A stretch of DNA of 36,486 nt from Bdellovibrionota bacterium (GTDB lineage: Bacteria > Bdellovibrionota_C > UBA2361 > JBGSMV01), in assembly GCA_041739995.1 (NCBI GenBank), contig JBGSMV010000076.1, forward strand, positions 1-36,486, given 5' to 3'. Positions 17,369 to 28,000 of the stretch are shown here, in pieces. Within the stretch, counting starts at the first letter, position 1. Each line of letters opens with the position of its first letter. Below the pieces are notes generated by a model. The model did not search any database, was not told the origin of the DNA, and was given only the letters and a program-made list of their open reading frames with translations. Position numbers and translations under genes: made by a program.

Positions 17369-19357
17369 TCACTTTCCCTGAAACACCACCTCTCCTCTCC
17401 AACCCGATCCAGGTGGATGCTGCTGATAATACCGCACCTGCGCCGCGTAGAAGTCCTTAAGACGCTGCAGGACACCTCCCTGCTCTCCGCTAGGAATTTT
17501 CAGTACTTCAAGCTGCTGCAAGACAGTGTCCCATTCCTTGGCCTGGAATCGAGTCATCACCTCGTCCCATTGAACCACAGTGTCAGAGGGAAGTGCTGGC
17601 TCAAACAAAGTAAACAGCTTCACCGCTTCCTTTTTCCCCGCGACTTGAACCGCTCCGGCGAACACAACTCCGGAAATATTACCAAGTTCCTTCCTGGTGT
17701 TCTCAGTGAACAATATATTTGTACCAATGTACTTATTCACTCCCTCGACTCTAGAGGCTAGATTCACGGCGTCGCCCACCGCGGTATAGTCAAAACGCTT
17801 TGCCGAACCAAGATTACCCACCACCATGGGTCCAGTATTCACGCCAATCCTAGTAAGCAGCGGGGGGAATTTTCCGGTGGCGTTAAATGCCTGCACCTTG
17901 CGGTGAATGACGAGGGCTGTCTTCGCGGCACGCTCGGCATGATCATTGATTTTGATCGGCGCCCCCCACAGTACGAATACTGCATCGCCGATAAACTTAA
18001 TGAGCGTTCCTTCATTTTCAAGAACCGCATCCATCACCTCGGTGAAGTAGGCGTTTAACATTGCTGAGACTCGCTCAGCAGGGAGCTCCTCACTTATACT
18101 CGAAAAGTCGGCAATATCGGTGAAAAGTGCCGTGGCATAAAGCTTCTCACCGCCAAGCTTTAAGGCATCAGCAGATCGGCTCATTTCCTCCGCCATCGCA
18201 GGCGACAAGTATAACTCGAAGGCTCCACGAATCTTCTGCGTCTGTCGACGCGCATTCAGGTAGTACACTAAGGTACTGACCAGGAGTGCCAGTGGGATAA
18301 CCACCGAGAACAGCATTATTCCAGGAATGAACGCACCTGAGAGAAACATGAAGTAACTGCCAGCAAACCACCCAATCAATAAGCCAAGCATCACCAAGAA
18401 AGCTGGCAGTGGTGAAAGCGCCAGAATCGCCGCACTGGAGGCTAACGCCGCAAAGCTCAAGGAAAAGAGCTCAAGCGCAAAACTCCCGCGAGAAACCCAC
18501 TTCCCTTCGATTAAGTTTGAAGCGGCAGTGGCATGAATCTCGGTTCCGCTGATCAGTTCTCCATAAAAAGGCGTCCCAAACACATCTTTCTGCGCCGGGC
18601 CAATCGCCGTCCGCATCGCAACCCCGACGTACACCACCTTGTCCTTAAACACGTGCGCAGGAAGCGGTTTCTCGGTCTGCATGGCCTGGTAGACCGAATA
18701 GGTAGGAATTGAACGCGATGGCCCGTAGTAGTTGATAAGATCTCGCTCACCAGGGCGCGCGTTTAAATCGCCTACCAACAACGCTCCCGCTTCTGACAAT
18801 GTCGGAAACTCTCTGGTCTGCTCGGTTCGCGCGGTAAGAAAGCGCCGAACAATCCCTCGGTCCTCAGGCAATCCTACCAACGCGAGGCCGCGAGCTTCCT
18901 TTTCAAACGGCGGGTACGGCAGCTGAACTTCTTCGAGCATGTATGAGCCGCTCACTGCCCGCACAGACCGAAACATAGCCTCAGCACCAAGGATGACAGG
19001 AATCTTCTTAAGGGCGGCTGCAAATGCATCATCCCCCTTTGGGTCTGCCCCCCGATCGGCAAACAAGATATCGAAGACTACGCCCTTAGCACCGTATTCC
19101 GCGAGGCGTTCAAGCAGCGTGGCATGCAGGCGACGCGGCCAGGCCTGGTTCAGTGGGACTTTGAGATCGTTGTAACTTAGTTCATCGAGTGCAAGAAACA
19201 CGACTCGCGGTGGTGGCGTCGTCGCCCCGCGTACGTTGAACCAAATATCGGTGCTTTGCAGCTCAAAGCGCTGCCCAATCGGCGTGAAGAAAAGCGCCGC
19301 ATGCGCGGCAGCAACAAGCAGGGCACCAAGAAAGATCATTGTCCAATTTCGAGTCAT
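17369..19357 (-). CDS. CHASE2-domain class III adenylate cyclase
   Basis: CHASE2 motifs (LALDELS, WPRRLHATLL, VVFDILF, GTEIHA), three TMs, and catalytic motifs FTDIADF, KFIGDAV, GVNTGPMVVGNLGS, DYTAVGDAVNLASRVEG. The Lys/Thr pair indicates ATP specificity. Confidence 0.95.
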   Translation of the reverse strand: MTRNWTMIFLGALLVAAAHAALFFTPIGQRFELQSTDIWFNVRGATTPPPRVVFLALDELSYNDLKVPLNQAWPRRLHATLLERLAEYGAKGVVFDILFADRGADPKGDDAFAAALKKIPVILGAEAMFRSVRAVSGSYMLEEVQLPYPPFEKEARGLALVGLPEDRGIVRRFLTARTEQTREFPTLSEAGALLVGDLNARPGERDLINYYGPSRSIPTYSVYQAMQTEKPLPAHVFKDKVVYVGVAMRTAIGPAQKDVFGTPFYGELISGTEIHATAASNLIEGKWVSRGSFALELFSLSFAALASSAAILALSPLPAFLVMLGLLIGWFAGSYFMFLSGAFIPGIMLFSVVIPLALLVSTLVYYLNARRQTQKIRGAFELYLSPAMAEEMSRSADALKLGGEKLYATALFTDIADFSSISEELPAERVSAMLNAYFTEVMDAVLENEGTLIKFIGDAVFVLWGAPIKINDHAERAAKTALVIHRKVQAFNATGKFPPLLTRIGVNTGPMVVGNLGSAKRFDYTAVGDAVNLASRVEGVNKYIGTNILFTENTRKELGNISGVVFAGAVQVAGKKEAVKLFTLFEPALPSDTVVQWDEVMTRFQAKEWDTVLQQLEVLKIPSGEQGGVLQRLKDFYAAQVRYYQQHPPGSGWRGEVVFQGK

Positions 19358-19378
19358 GAAATTTCAGCTAGGAACGGC

Positions 19379-19945
19379 TCATTGGACTTCCGCAATACGT
19401 TCAACGTAGCCAACCGTTCGTGTTTCGCAGGTATATCCATCGGCACAGTTCAGGCGAAATACGAACACCGACTCAGCAGCGGTGACACTGTCTTCGCTTG
19501 TCTCGTTTCCAAATACCGGCCTGGCATACGACAACGCGCTCTCGACTTCACAAAGTGCAAATCCTGGATCTTCAAGGGCGTACACTTCCCTCGCCACAAA
19601 GCCGCCTTCGTCATCAATCGACGATTCTATGTCGATAAGAAATCCGGCCTCTGAGCTAATCACTAGCTGTAACCCATCTTGAGAAATGGTGTGCACATCG
19701 GTGAATCCCCCCTCCCCTTCATCAATCAATCCGCATTCATCCGTCACTATCGTGTAGGAGGCCTGATGTTGCCCAGCGTAGAGCGGAGTTCCCGAAATGC
19801 CTGAGCCAGAAGAACCACCAACGCATCCAAGCAAACCGGCAATCAGGATGAAAAGCATTACTGTGCGACAGCGAAACAGAAGGACAATGGCGCGACAGCC
19901 GGTAGCTAGTCGAGCTCGAGACTGAAACCTGACCGTGTTTGCCAT
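19379..19945 (-). CDS. Putative acidic lipoprotein with several Cys
   Basis: Lipobox-like LIAGLLGC followed by a Gly/Ser linker; ends 21 nt before the cyclase start. The start is uncertain (19945 or 19858; track gives 20017). Confidence 0.6.
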   Translation of the reverse strand: MANTVRFQSRARLATGCRAIVLLFRCRTVMLFILIAGLLGCVGGSSGSGISGTPLYAGQHQASYTIVTDECGLIDEGEGGFTDVHTISQDGLQLVISSEAGFLIDIESSIDDEGGFVAREVYALEDPGFALCEVESALSYARPVFGNETSEDSVTAAESVFVFRLNCADGYTCETRTVGYVERIAEVQ

Positions 19946-20228
19946 GGGGTTAACCATATGGAGTTCACCACAGAGGCCTGCGACGAATAGACACACTCGC
20001 AGACGCCCACAATTCAATTAAGAGGCAATTAAGCCGCTGGCGATTGACGCCTCCGCGCCGGGAGTATACGACCTCTGTACTCTCTCGCCTACTCCTCTCT
20101 TTAGGGAGGCCGCCGTGTCCCGCTCTGCCTTGTTCCCACAGCCCAGCCTCCCGTGGTTCTTCCCTCGCCTAAACGGCGCAAGCTTTCCCATTGGCAAGAG
20201 CTGTCGATATGGCATGCTTCCACCACCT

Positions 20229-23200
20229 ATGAACAACTCCAGCCTCCTTCAAGAGCACTCCCCGCGGCAAGACCCTCAACACCTCGGCCTTCGTTTAGTT
20301 TCAAGGTCGCTTTTCGTCACTGCACTGTTAATCGTCGCGACCTTGCTTGGCAGATCCGAGGCTTCGGCCGCACCTCTCGCAAGTTTGTTTTCCAAAGAGG
20401 GTGTGGTTGAAGGGCAACAACCCGGGGCGACCTGGAACACAGTGGAGGTAGGAAAAGAATTTAGCGAATCAGACAGCGTTCGCGTGGGACGCATTGGGCG
20501 CGCCAGCATTCAATTCGTAGACGGTGGATTCATTCGATTGAGCAACGGCTCAGTACTCCGTTTCGAAGGAGTTCGGCGTGAGACGTCTTCGCTCGGCGCG
20601 AAAGTCAGTCTAGACGCGGGACAGGCCCATTTCTTGAACAAACTAAATGGTCTTGAACCCGAGGTAACCACTCCTTACGTAAGTGCCGCAGCGAGAGGAA
20701 CAGAATTCGTTGTTACTGTAAATTCAGACAACACCACCATTTCTGTCTTGAGTGGTTCTGTTCTCGCTTCTAACTCCTTTGGAACTGCCTCAGCGAGAAG
20801 CGGGGAGCAGATTTTTGCCGCACAAGGCCAACCTCCACTAAAGCGCGTATTGGTTGACCCACGCGAAGCAGTGCAGTGGACACTCGCTCTTCCGTCTCGT
20901 TCCTTCTTGTCGGAGAGCCTCCCCTCCTCGCTCCTTTCTGAGTGCCTACAACGTTACGTCTCAGGGAACCGCGCGGTCTTGTCTGATTGCCCGGCCAGCC
21001 TCGCTCGCTCTCTGTTCGAAGGCATAGAGCTGCTAGATGGTGGTAATGTGCCGAGGGCATCTCAGCTTTTCACCCAGATCGCTTCAGACCAAAGCGCCAA
21101 TCGTGAAGTACGAGCAGCTGCTTTCAGCATGCTGTCCCTCCTCGCAGTACTCTCTAACCAAGACGTGGGTGCCCAGCAGAATCTGACACAGGCCCAGTCG
21201 CTTGAGCCGGAAAGTCCACTCACTCGCTATATCGCCTCCTACGTAGCGCAGAGCCGTGGAGACATTGAGGGTGCTCGCCATGCGCTCGACGGGCCCTCGA
21301 CCCCAAGCTTTATTCAGCTTCGCGCAGTGGAAATTGATCTCATGCGAAACGACTTGTCGGCGGCCACGCATGAACTTGCCGGGACCAAAGACCTCCCGCA
21401 CCTCTCTGCCGAACGCCTAATACTAGAGGGATTTATCGCCATACAAGAAAGACGCCTCGACGATGCGAAACATGCCCTTTCAGAAAGCTTCCGCATTGAT
21501 TCACGTCAAGCGCGTGCTCAGTTTGGGCTTGGTCTTGTAGCGGCCGGGCAATCTGACTTTGACGCAGCCTTAACTCACTTCCTTGCGGCCGTTTCACTTG
21601 ACCCCTCAAATGCTTCGTACAGAAATTACCTCTCAAAAGTATATTTCGAACAGGGCGCTGAGAATCGCGCTTTGGAAGAGCTCGCCGCCTCAATATCTCA
21701 AGACCCGCAAGACCCCACACCTTATCTGTATCGTAGCTTCGTTGAGCTTTCGCAGAATCGTCCGATCGCTGCGTTGCGTAGCATCGAAGAATCCATTGAA
21801 CTAAACAAGAACCGTGCAGTCTACCGTTCAAGCAACTTGCTCGATCAAGATCTTGCAGTACGAAGTGCCGGCATCGGTCACATTTTCACAGAACTCGGCC
21901 TTCAAGGTCCGGCTCGGAACGAGGCGCTGCGCTCGATTTCTCTAGATTACCTCAACTACTCAGCGCATCAGCTTTTGGCCGACTCTTCTGATTCATTGAA
22001 TGAGGCTGATGCAAGCATCTCTGAACGTCGCATCACCTCCCTACTCGCACCGCTAAGTCTCAATAGCCTTTCAAACACGGGAGGGCGCGCCTCGTTTAGT
22101 GAATATAGTTCCTTGTTCGACACATCCACGGTACGCACCGACTGGAGCTTCGGCTGGGATGGTCGCGATGATATTGGTGCAGTTGAAGGTTCGCTTGCGC
22201 TGCTCGAAGGCCCATTCGGATTTAGCCTACTCTACCAGGGCGCGATGGCGGACGGTTCAAAGTCAAACGACTACTCGCGTGACAACCGGGTACTGACGAC
22301 CGCTGAATATCAGATTCGGCCGGAGTCGCGCGTGCGGCTTGCACTGGACGGCAGATTTATTGACTTCGAAGACTCTTATCAGTCCCCGCAAGACTCTGAG
22401 TTCAAAGGGGGCGCAGCGGAACTGAGCTACACTGAACAGCTAGATGCACAGACTCACTGGCTCTCAAGTGTTCGAGTGGGCCGAGACGATGTAGATTCTG
22501 GTGGTATTGGAGAACGACCGGGACTGCTCGTTGACCTCTTCCCTGAAGACCCAACCGATCTCGACACCATCTTTACTGTCGATGAAGACAATGATGAGGA
22601 AGTCTTTCGTTTGCAGGCTTCGTCTCAGGTCATCGCAGAGCGTGGGCAGTTTAGCCTTGTGTCTGGGGGCCAGTTCAACTCAATCGATACCGATCGCAAG
22701 GAAACCGCGGTCATCCTCGACGACACCTCCGGTCTCTTCACTTTCCTACCGTGGCAACTAAGAAGCGACGCGCAGAATGACCTAAGAAGCTTTGACACCT
22801 ACTCCTATCTCAACTACCGCCCGATCTCATGGCTGACCGCGACTGGAGGCGCAAGCTTTACCTCTCTTGAGTATGAGCCACGCCCCATCGCGCCCTACAT
22901 AGACGATTCAAATAGGGAGAATCATGTCAGTCCTAAAGTCGGTCTTTTAGCGGAGCCTATCCCTGGACTTCTGCTTCGCGCGGCCTATTTTGAAACTTTG
23001 GCGAAGTCTTCGCTCGAAGATCAGAGCGCCATAGAACCAACAGTGGTCGGAGGATTCTCGCAACGCTTTAATGATCTTGCGGGAACACTCGCCAGAGCTT
23101 GGGCCGGAGGCGTGGATTACAAGATACCGGGAGACACTTACGTCGGAGTTGAATGGATCGGGAGATCTCTAAGGGAAGATAGTGTGTACGCCCTACCTGT

Positions 23201-23687
23201 TTTTGACTTTGACTATAGCGTGCCTAATGTTTCACAGGCTATCGGGGCCGAGGACATCACCGAATTTTCAACCCAAGACCTTGTGCGCGCCTATGCCGCC
23301 CAGATACTCAGTGAAAGATGGGTAACAGGACTTGAATATCAGTGGTCAGAATTCCGCCGCACCGACCCAATAGTGTTTGAGTCTCAGCAAACCCAAAGAG
23401 TGGGTGGTGCAATACGCTACTTTCATCCGAGCGGCTTCTTTGGGGCCGCAAAGGCAACCTGGAGATCTCAGGATAGGCTCGGGGGAAGTATCTACACTGA
23501 CGGCACTGAGGACTTCACTATTGTTGATCTTGCTGCGGGTTACAGACTTCCACGGCGTCAAGGAAAATTCACGCTTGAACTCCTTAATATTGGCGACGAG
23601 CAGTTTGACTATGATCAGAGCTTTGGATTCGAGCCGTTTATCGCCTCCGGCTTTGCGATCGCTGGTCGCATGGAGCTGAGCTTTTAA
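20229..23687 (+). CDS. FecR-domain / TPR / beta-barrel outer membrane receptor (NsrA-like architecture)
   Basis: Signal peptide, FecR signature (DSVRVG...IQFVDGGFIRL...VTTPYVSAAARGTEF...VLSGSV), TPR repeats, NRAVYRSSNLLDQDLAVRSA linker, and a barrel ending in C-terminal Phe. Start 20229 preferred over 20115. Confidence 0.9.
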   Translation: MNNSSLLQEHSPRQDPQHLGLRLVSRSLFVTALLIVATLLGRSEASAAPLASLFSKEGVVEGQQPGATWNTVEVGKEFSESDSVRVGRIGRASIQFVDGGFIRLSNGSVLRFEGVRRETSSLGAKVSLDAGQAHFLNKLNGLEPEVTTPYVSAAARGTEFVVTVNSDNTTISVLSGSVLASNSFGTASARSGEQIFAAQGQPPLKRVLVDPREAVQWTLALPSRSFLSESLPSSLLSECLQRYVSGNRAVLSDCPASLARSLFEGIELLDGGNVPRASQLFTQIASDQSANREVRAAAFSMLSLLAVLSNQDVGAQQNLTQAQSLEPESPLTRYIASYVAQSRGDIEGARHALDGPSTPSFIQLRAVEIDLMRNDLSAATHELAGTKDLPHLSAERLILEGFIAIQERRLDDAKHALSESFRIDSRQARAQFGLGLVAAGQSDFDAALTHFLAAVSLDPSNASYRNYLSKVYFEQGAENRALEELAASISQDPQDPTPYLYRSFVELSQNRPIAALRSIEESIELNKNRAVYRSSNLLDQDLAVRSAGIGHIFTELGLQGPARNEALRSISLDYLNYSAHQLLADSSDSLNEADASISERRITSLLAPLSLNSLSNTGGRASFSEYSSLFDTSTVRTDWSFGWDGRDDIGAVEGSLALLEGPFGFSLLYQGAMADGSKSNDYSRDNRVLTTAEYQIRPESRVRLALDGRFIDFEDSYQSPQDSEFKGGAAELSYTEQLDAQTHWLSSVRVGRDDVDSGGIGERPGLLVDLFPEDPTDLDTIFTVDEDNDEEVFRLQASSQVIAERGQFSLVSGGQFNSIDTDRKETAVILDDTSGLFTFLPWQLRSDAQNDLRSFDTYSYLNYRPISWLTATGGASFTSLEYEPRPIAPYIDDSNRENHVSPKVGLLAEPIPGLLLRAAYFETLAKSSLEDQSAIEPTVVGGFSQRFNDLAGTLARAWAGGVDYKIPGDTYVGVEWIGRSLREDSVYALPVFDFDYSVPNVSQAIGAEDITEFSTQDLVRAYAAQILSERWVTGLEYQWSEFRRTDPIVFESQQTQRVGGAIRYFHPSGFFGAAKATWRSQDRLGGSIYTDGTEDFTIVDLAAGYRLPRRQGKFTLELLNIGDEQFDYDQSFGFEPFIASGFAIAGRMELSF

Positions 23688-23781
23688 TCTTTAAAAAAAT
23701 TTCCCCGCCCGCCCGTATTTTCTTTTCCCTTGTGGAAAAAGAACTTAGACTGCCGTGAGCGAGATCAGTAAAGGATGGGAA

Positions 23782-24996
23782 ATGGTCAGATATTTTAGAC
23801 GTTTTTTCGAGCTCGAAGCGGCTAGCGGCATTCTGCTGCTCGTCATCACCGCTCTTGCCATCGTAGCGGAGAATTCCGCTGCTGCCCCCTATTACCGTGA
23901 ATTCACCCATCTAAACGTCGGCTTAACGATTGGCTCCTTCGAGGTCTCCCACTCGCTCGCGCACTGGATAAATGACGGCCTGATGGTGATCTTCTTCTTG
24001 ATGGTGGGGCTTGAAATCAAGCGAGAACTGCTTGTGGGACAGCTCGCCACTCGCCGCCAAGCCTTGCTGCCTAGCGTCGCTGCGGCCGGCGGGATGCTTA
24101 TGCCGGCGCTTATCTTTGCACTTTTCAACCTCGGACACCCGGAAGGCATACACGGCTGGGCTATCCCCGCGGCCACAGACATCGCATTCGCACTCGGAAT
24201 CCTCTCTCTGCTGGGGAATAGAGTTCCCACTTCGCTAAAGGTATTTCTTACCGCGCTCGCGGTGATTGACGACTTAGGGGCCGTGCTGCTGATTGCCTTG
24301 TTCTATACTACTAGCCTGAATGCTTCGATGCTTTTGGGTGCTGGCATCGTATTCGGCATGCTCATTTTCTTAAATCGGAAAGGCGTACTAAATCGCGGCC
24401 CCTATGTAGCACTGGGATTCTTGTTGTGGATTTTTGTGCTGCAGTCCGGCATCCACGCTACAGTCGCTGGAGTGCTACTCGCGTCAACGATTCCGCTGCG
24501 AAGTAAAGGTCCACGTCAGGACTCTCCTCTTGAGCAAATTGAACACGGAATCCAGCCCTTCGTGGCTTTCGGTATCATGCCACTGTTCGCCTTCGTGAAT
24601 GCCGGGCTGAACCTCGACAGCTTTAACTTACATGAGTTGCAGCAGTCAGTACCTCTAGGAATTATCTTTGGCTTGTTTGTAGGAAAGCAAATCGGCGTGT
24701 TCGCCACCGCCTGGCTCGCCATTCGGTTCGGATGGGCCAAGCTGCCTCGCGGAAGTTCGTGGATGCAACTCTACGGCGTTGCGCTCTTAACTGGTATCGG
24801 CTTTACCATGAGCCTCTTTGTAGGTTCTCTTGCCTACAAGCTTCCTATTTTGCTGGAAGAAACTCGTCTTGGTGTGCTTACCGGCTCGGCACTCTCGGCT
24901 TTTTTTGGACTTATTATCCTCTGGAGGTACTCCCCTGTGCGAAAGTCGGAGAGTGCTGAGGACGAGGAAGCCGCCCAAGATGGTGCCGGACGATAA
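23782..24996 (+). CDS. nhaA: Na+/H+ antiporter NhaA
   Basis: HWINDGLM, GLEIKRE, GWAIPAATDIAFALG, LAVIDDLGA, SGIHAT and GIGFTMSLF. Start 23782 or 23755. Confidence 0.97.
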   Translation: MVRYFRRFFELEAASGILLLVITALAIVAENSAAAPYYREFTHLNVGLTIGSFEVSHSLAHWINDGLMVIFFLMVGLEIKRELLVGQLATRRQALLPSVAAAGGMLMPALIFALFNLGHPEGIHGWAIPAATDIAFALGILSLLGNRVPTSLKVFLTALAVIDDLGAVLLIALFYTTSLNASMLLGAGIVFGMLIFLNRKGVLNRGPYVALGFLLWIFVLQSGIHATVAGVLLASTIPLRSKGPRQDSPLEQIEHGIQPFVAFGIMPLFAFVNAGLNLDSFNLHELQQSVPLGIIFGLFVGKQIGVFATAWLAIRFGWAKLPRGSSWMQLYGVALLTGIGFTMSLFVGSLAYKLPILLEETRLGVLTGSALSAFFGLIILWRYSPVRKSESAEDEEAAQDGAGR

Positions 24997-25005
24997 ACAT
25001 GCCTT

Positions 25006-28000
25006 TTAGCTCACAGACGCTTTTTGTCGACGATACAGCTCCGCTCTTGAGCTAACTCGGCGCTCGCTCCGAACGACTGCATCGTTCTTGTCAGCTTTGG
25101 AATAATGCCTTCTCGATTTGCGATCGGATTGTGGTGATCTTCGCGATGCCTTGCGCCTCACCTCATGTTCATGTCCAGACTCAGGAAGACTCTCAGCGCC
25201 TTTCTTCATCCCAATACCTTTCGAACTATTTGTCGACCTTCGCGCTATCCGTCTTGGAACACGTGCGACGAGAAGTTTTTCAACACGCACCTCGAGATCC
25301 TCGACCTCACCTTCGCCATCCGAGGAGTGCTCGAGTGCCTTTAGAGCAAGTTCTTCAAGCAATCGTCGCGCAGCAATCTCGGCTCGATGACGTGCGCGCA
25401 ACTTCTTTCTTCGCCGTTGGATACGAAGCCTTCGCACCGCAGATTCTCGCATTTCATCGATACGCTGCTGCTCCTCTCGAAGATACTGCTCAAGTCGTCC
25501 GTCACCATCGTTAGCGCCGCCAGGCACCTCAACCGAAAGGAAAGAGTAGGTAGGAGCACCTCCTAGAAAACTAGTGCGACTTTCAATTTGCCCAGGGGCC
25601 GAAGGTGCCTGTGAGGCCGCGATCGCTTCTTTCTTTGACGAGGGCTGTATCACGCCGCTTTGAGTGATGCCTGCGTTTATTGCGGCACCTGCGTGGGATT
25701 CTCCGGTTCCTGATCCTGCACTACCTGCTGCAGGAGGATCAGCCCAAACCCGGAGCGCATTTTGCGCCAGTCGAACGTGGTACGGCACCGCTGGGTTATA
25801 TCCGAGCCGGTCAACTACCGAGGGGGAAGCAACTGACGACTCAGAGCCACCCGAGAACACGAATGCGTACCTATTCTGTACCACCTGATTAAGCGCGAGG
25901 CTTAGCTCTGCTCCAAGCGGTTGTGAGGTTTTACTGTGGGTCTCAGTAAGGCGACTTTGTATTTCTTGGTTAAGCACTCGATGGAGGATTCGCAAAGTGC
26001 CCGCGCCATGAGCGGCGCCAGTGCCAAGAGCAGATACTGCCTGCGCCTTCACGGCACTCGTGTTTGCTTCCTTGGCAACTGCCTCGGAATCAACGCGAGC
26101 AACAGATCTGTAGTAAACTTCTTCGGCAACCTTTCGTGGGCGCAACTGAAATACTGAAGGGCTTGAACGCTCAGACGCTTGCGGTGCCACTCTCTCGCTC
26201 TCGCTTCGGGCCTGTGCCGAGAGGAATACTTTTTCAGCTTCAGAGTGCGAGCCAGCAGTCGCCACACCTCTGTCTGCCGCATGCGGTGCCATTTCACGCC
26301 GGGCATCCTCAACTCCTTGCGCCCGCGCAAATGTTAACGTTGCTGCTTCGCCGGATGGTTGACCAAAAGACAGTGCACGCTGCAACTCGGAACGACCAAG
26401 AACTCCGCTGGCTACTGCAGAACTTTCTGCTTGAGACAACCCAGAAGCTCGCGCCTCAGCCGTTGACGCACCGTTCGCCAGCGCTACGCCGTGGGTTTGG
26501 GACATCCCATTGGCAGTTCCGCTTGCGAGATCACTAGCCTGCCCCCGTGCGCTCTTTTGACCCTGAACCGTAGCTCGCGCATCAGCTATGGCATTTGCCA
26601 ACTGCTGCTGCGCCATGGCCTGCAATTCTTCCATCCAACGGCGGGTACGCTCGGCCAAGCGAATTGAATCTTCTATCGCGCGCTGATTTCTTTGCTCAAG
26701 AAAGCGAATGCGTTCCAGTTCAAGCTCACGTTTTTGGCCGGCTACTTCTCGCTGCATCTCTGCACGTGCGGTCTCTTGAGCATGAGCAAGCGCCGCTTCC
26801 TGCGGAAGGTGCGCTGATGCGATTTTCACCTGTGGCTGCGCATTCTGCAGCGCAGCCGTGTAGGAATTTCCGCTCGGAACCATGGCGATGGAAGCGCCAG
26901 GCTGAGAAGCTACTGCAGCACCTTGGTCGTCAGTATTCTTTGTTGCGGGCTCAGCGTCCGGAGCCACGGCAGATTGGGTTTGTGGGACTTGTGGTCGAAC
27001 GTCGAGTTGCTCGTTTGCGGGCGTTCGCATCCCTATTCCAAAGAACTTGAGCAGAGCCGCTAATGGATCAAACGAGGTGCTTCCTCCCGTGGTGTCTCCC
27101 GCTTCTGCTGGAGGTGGTGGAGCACCTGGCGCAGAGTGATCCGGAGTGCCTGGTGGCGGCGGTGGAGTATCCGATGGGGCATCATCACCATTCGCTACGA
27201 AATCAAGATTCGGTGGCGGGGGACTATCAGGCGTCACCTCAGAGGTCTGAGTTTCTATCGCGATACGTGCAGGGTCGTTCTGCTTCTCGTCGCCTGCCCG
27301 TTCTGCTTCGACAGAGAGTTCAAGGGGAATTGGATCAACAAGCGGAGCGCGCGGCATGGGCACTGGAACGATTTCAGGGCGAGGTCTTTCTTCTATCGCA
27401 GGCGGTTGCACTAAAGACATCAGTTGCTTTCGAATATGATTGTCCTGCAGGAGACTTGCCAAACCACCGCCAAGCGCAAGACCTTCCCAGGTAGGGCCAA
27501 GTAACCGAATGTTGAGCAAGCCCTTCTCGGTGAGCATGCCTGCGACTCGCGCTCCGGATACAGGATCGCGAACCCACATTGGGCCTACGCGTTGACCGAC
27601 GATACGCGAAATTTCACGTAACGAGTATTTCCCGCCTTCACGCAAGGCCCCGTGCCCGATCGCCTCCCCGCCGCCGGTAACAAGCACACGAGGACTAAAG
27701 AGAGTGCGTGAAAGACTTCCCGCGCCCCAAGCGTTCAAGAAATCACCACCGGTCTGCCAGGCCGAATCGACCACCGCCTGCCGAGTAGTCTTATTGCCGT
27801 ACTGCACATCCATCGTGCCCTGAACCACGGTGCCCGGCGCAGCAGCGGCGGTAATGAGTAGTGCCGCTTGCCACGCCGGTATCGCCGCACCACCCGTCGC
27901 TACCACGACCACCGCACCACCAACAATAATGGTAGCTGTGCGTGCGACCTTAAGTCCTGTTTCGCAGTTGTTTAAGTTTCTGATTGAATCATCCAAGCGT

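Noticed and set aside
23720..23743. Terminator between the receptor gene and nhaA
   Set aside because: The stem is AT-rich and imperfect, with no following U-tract.
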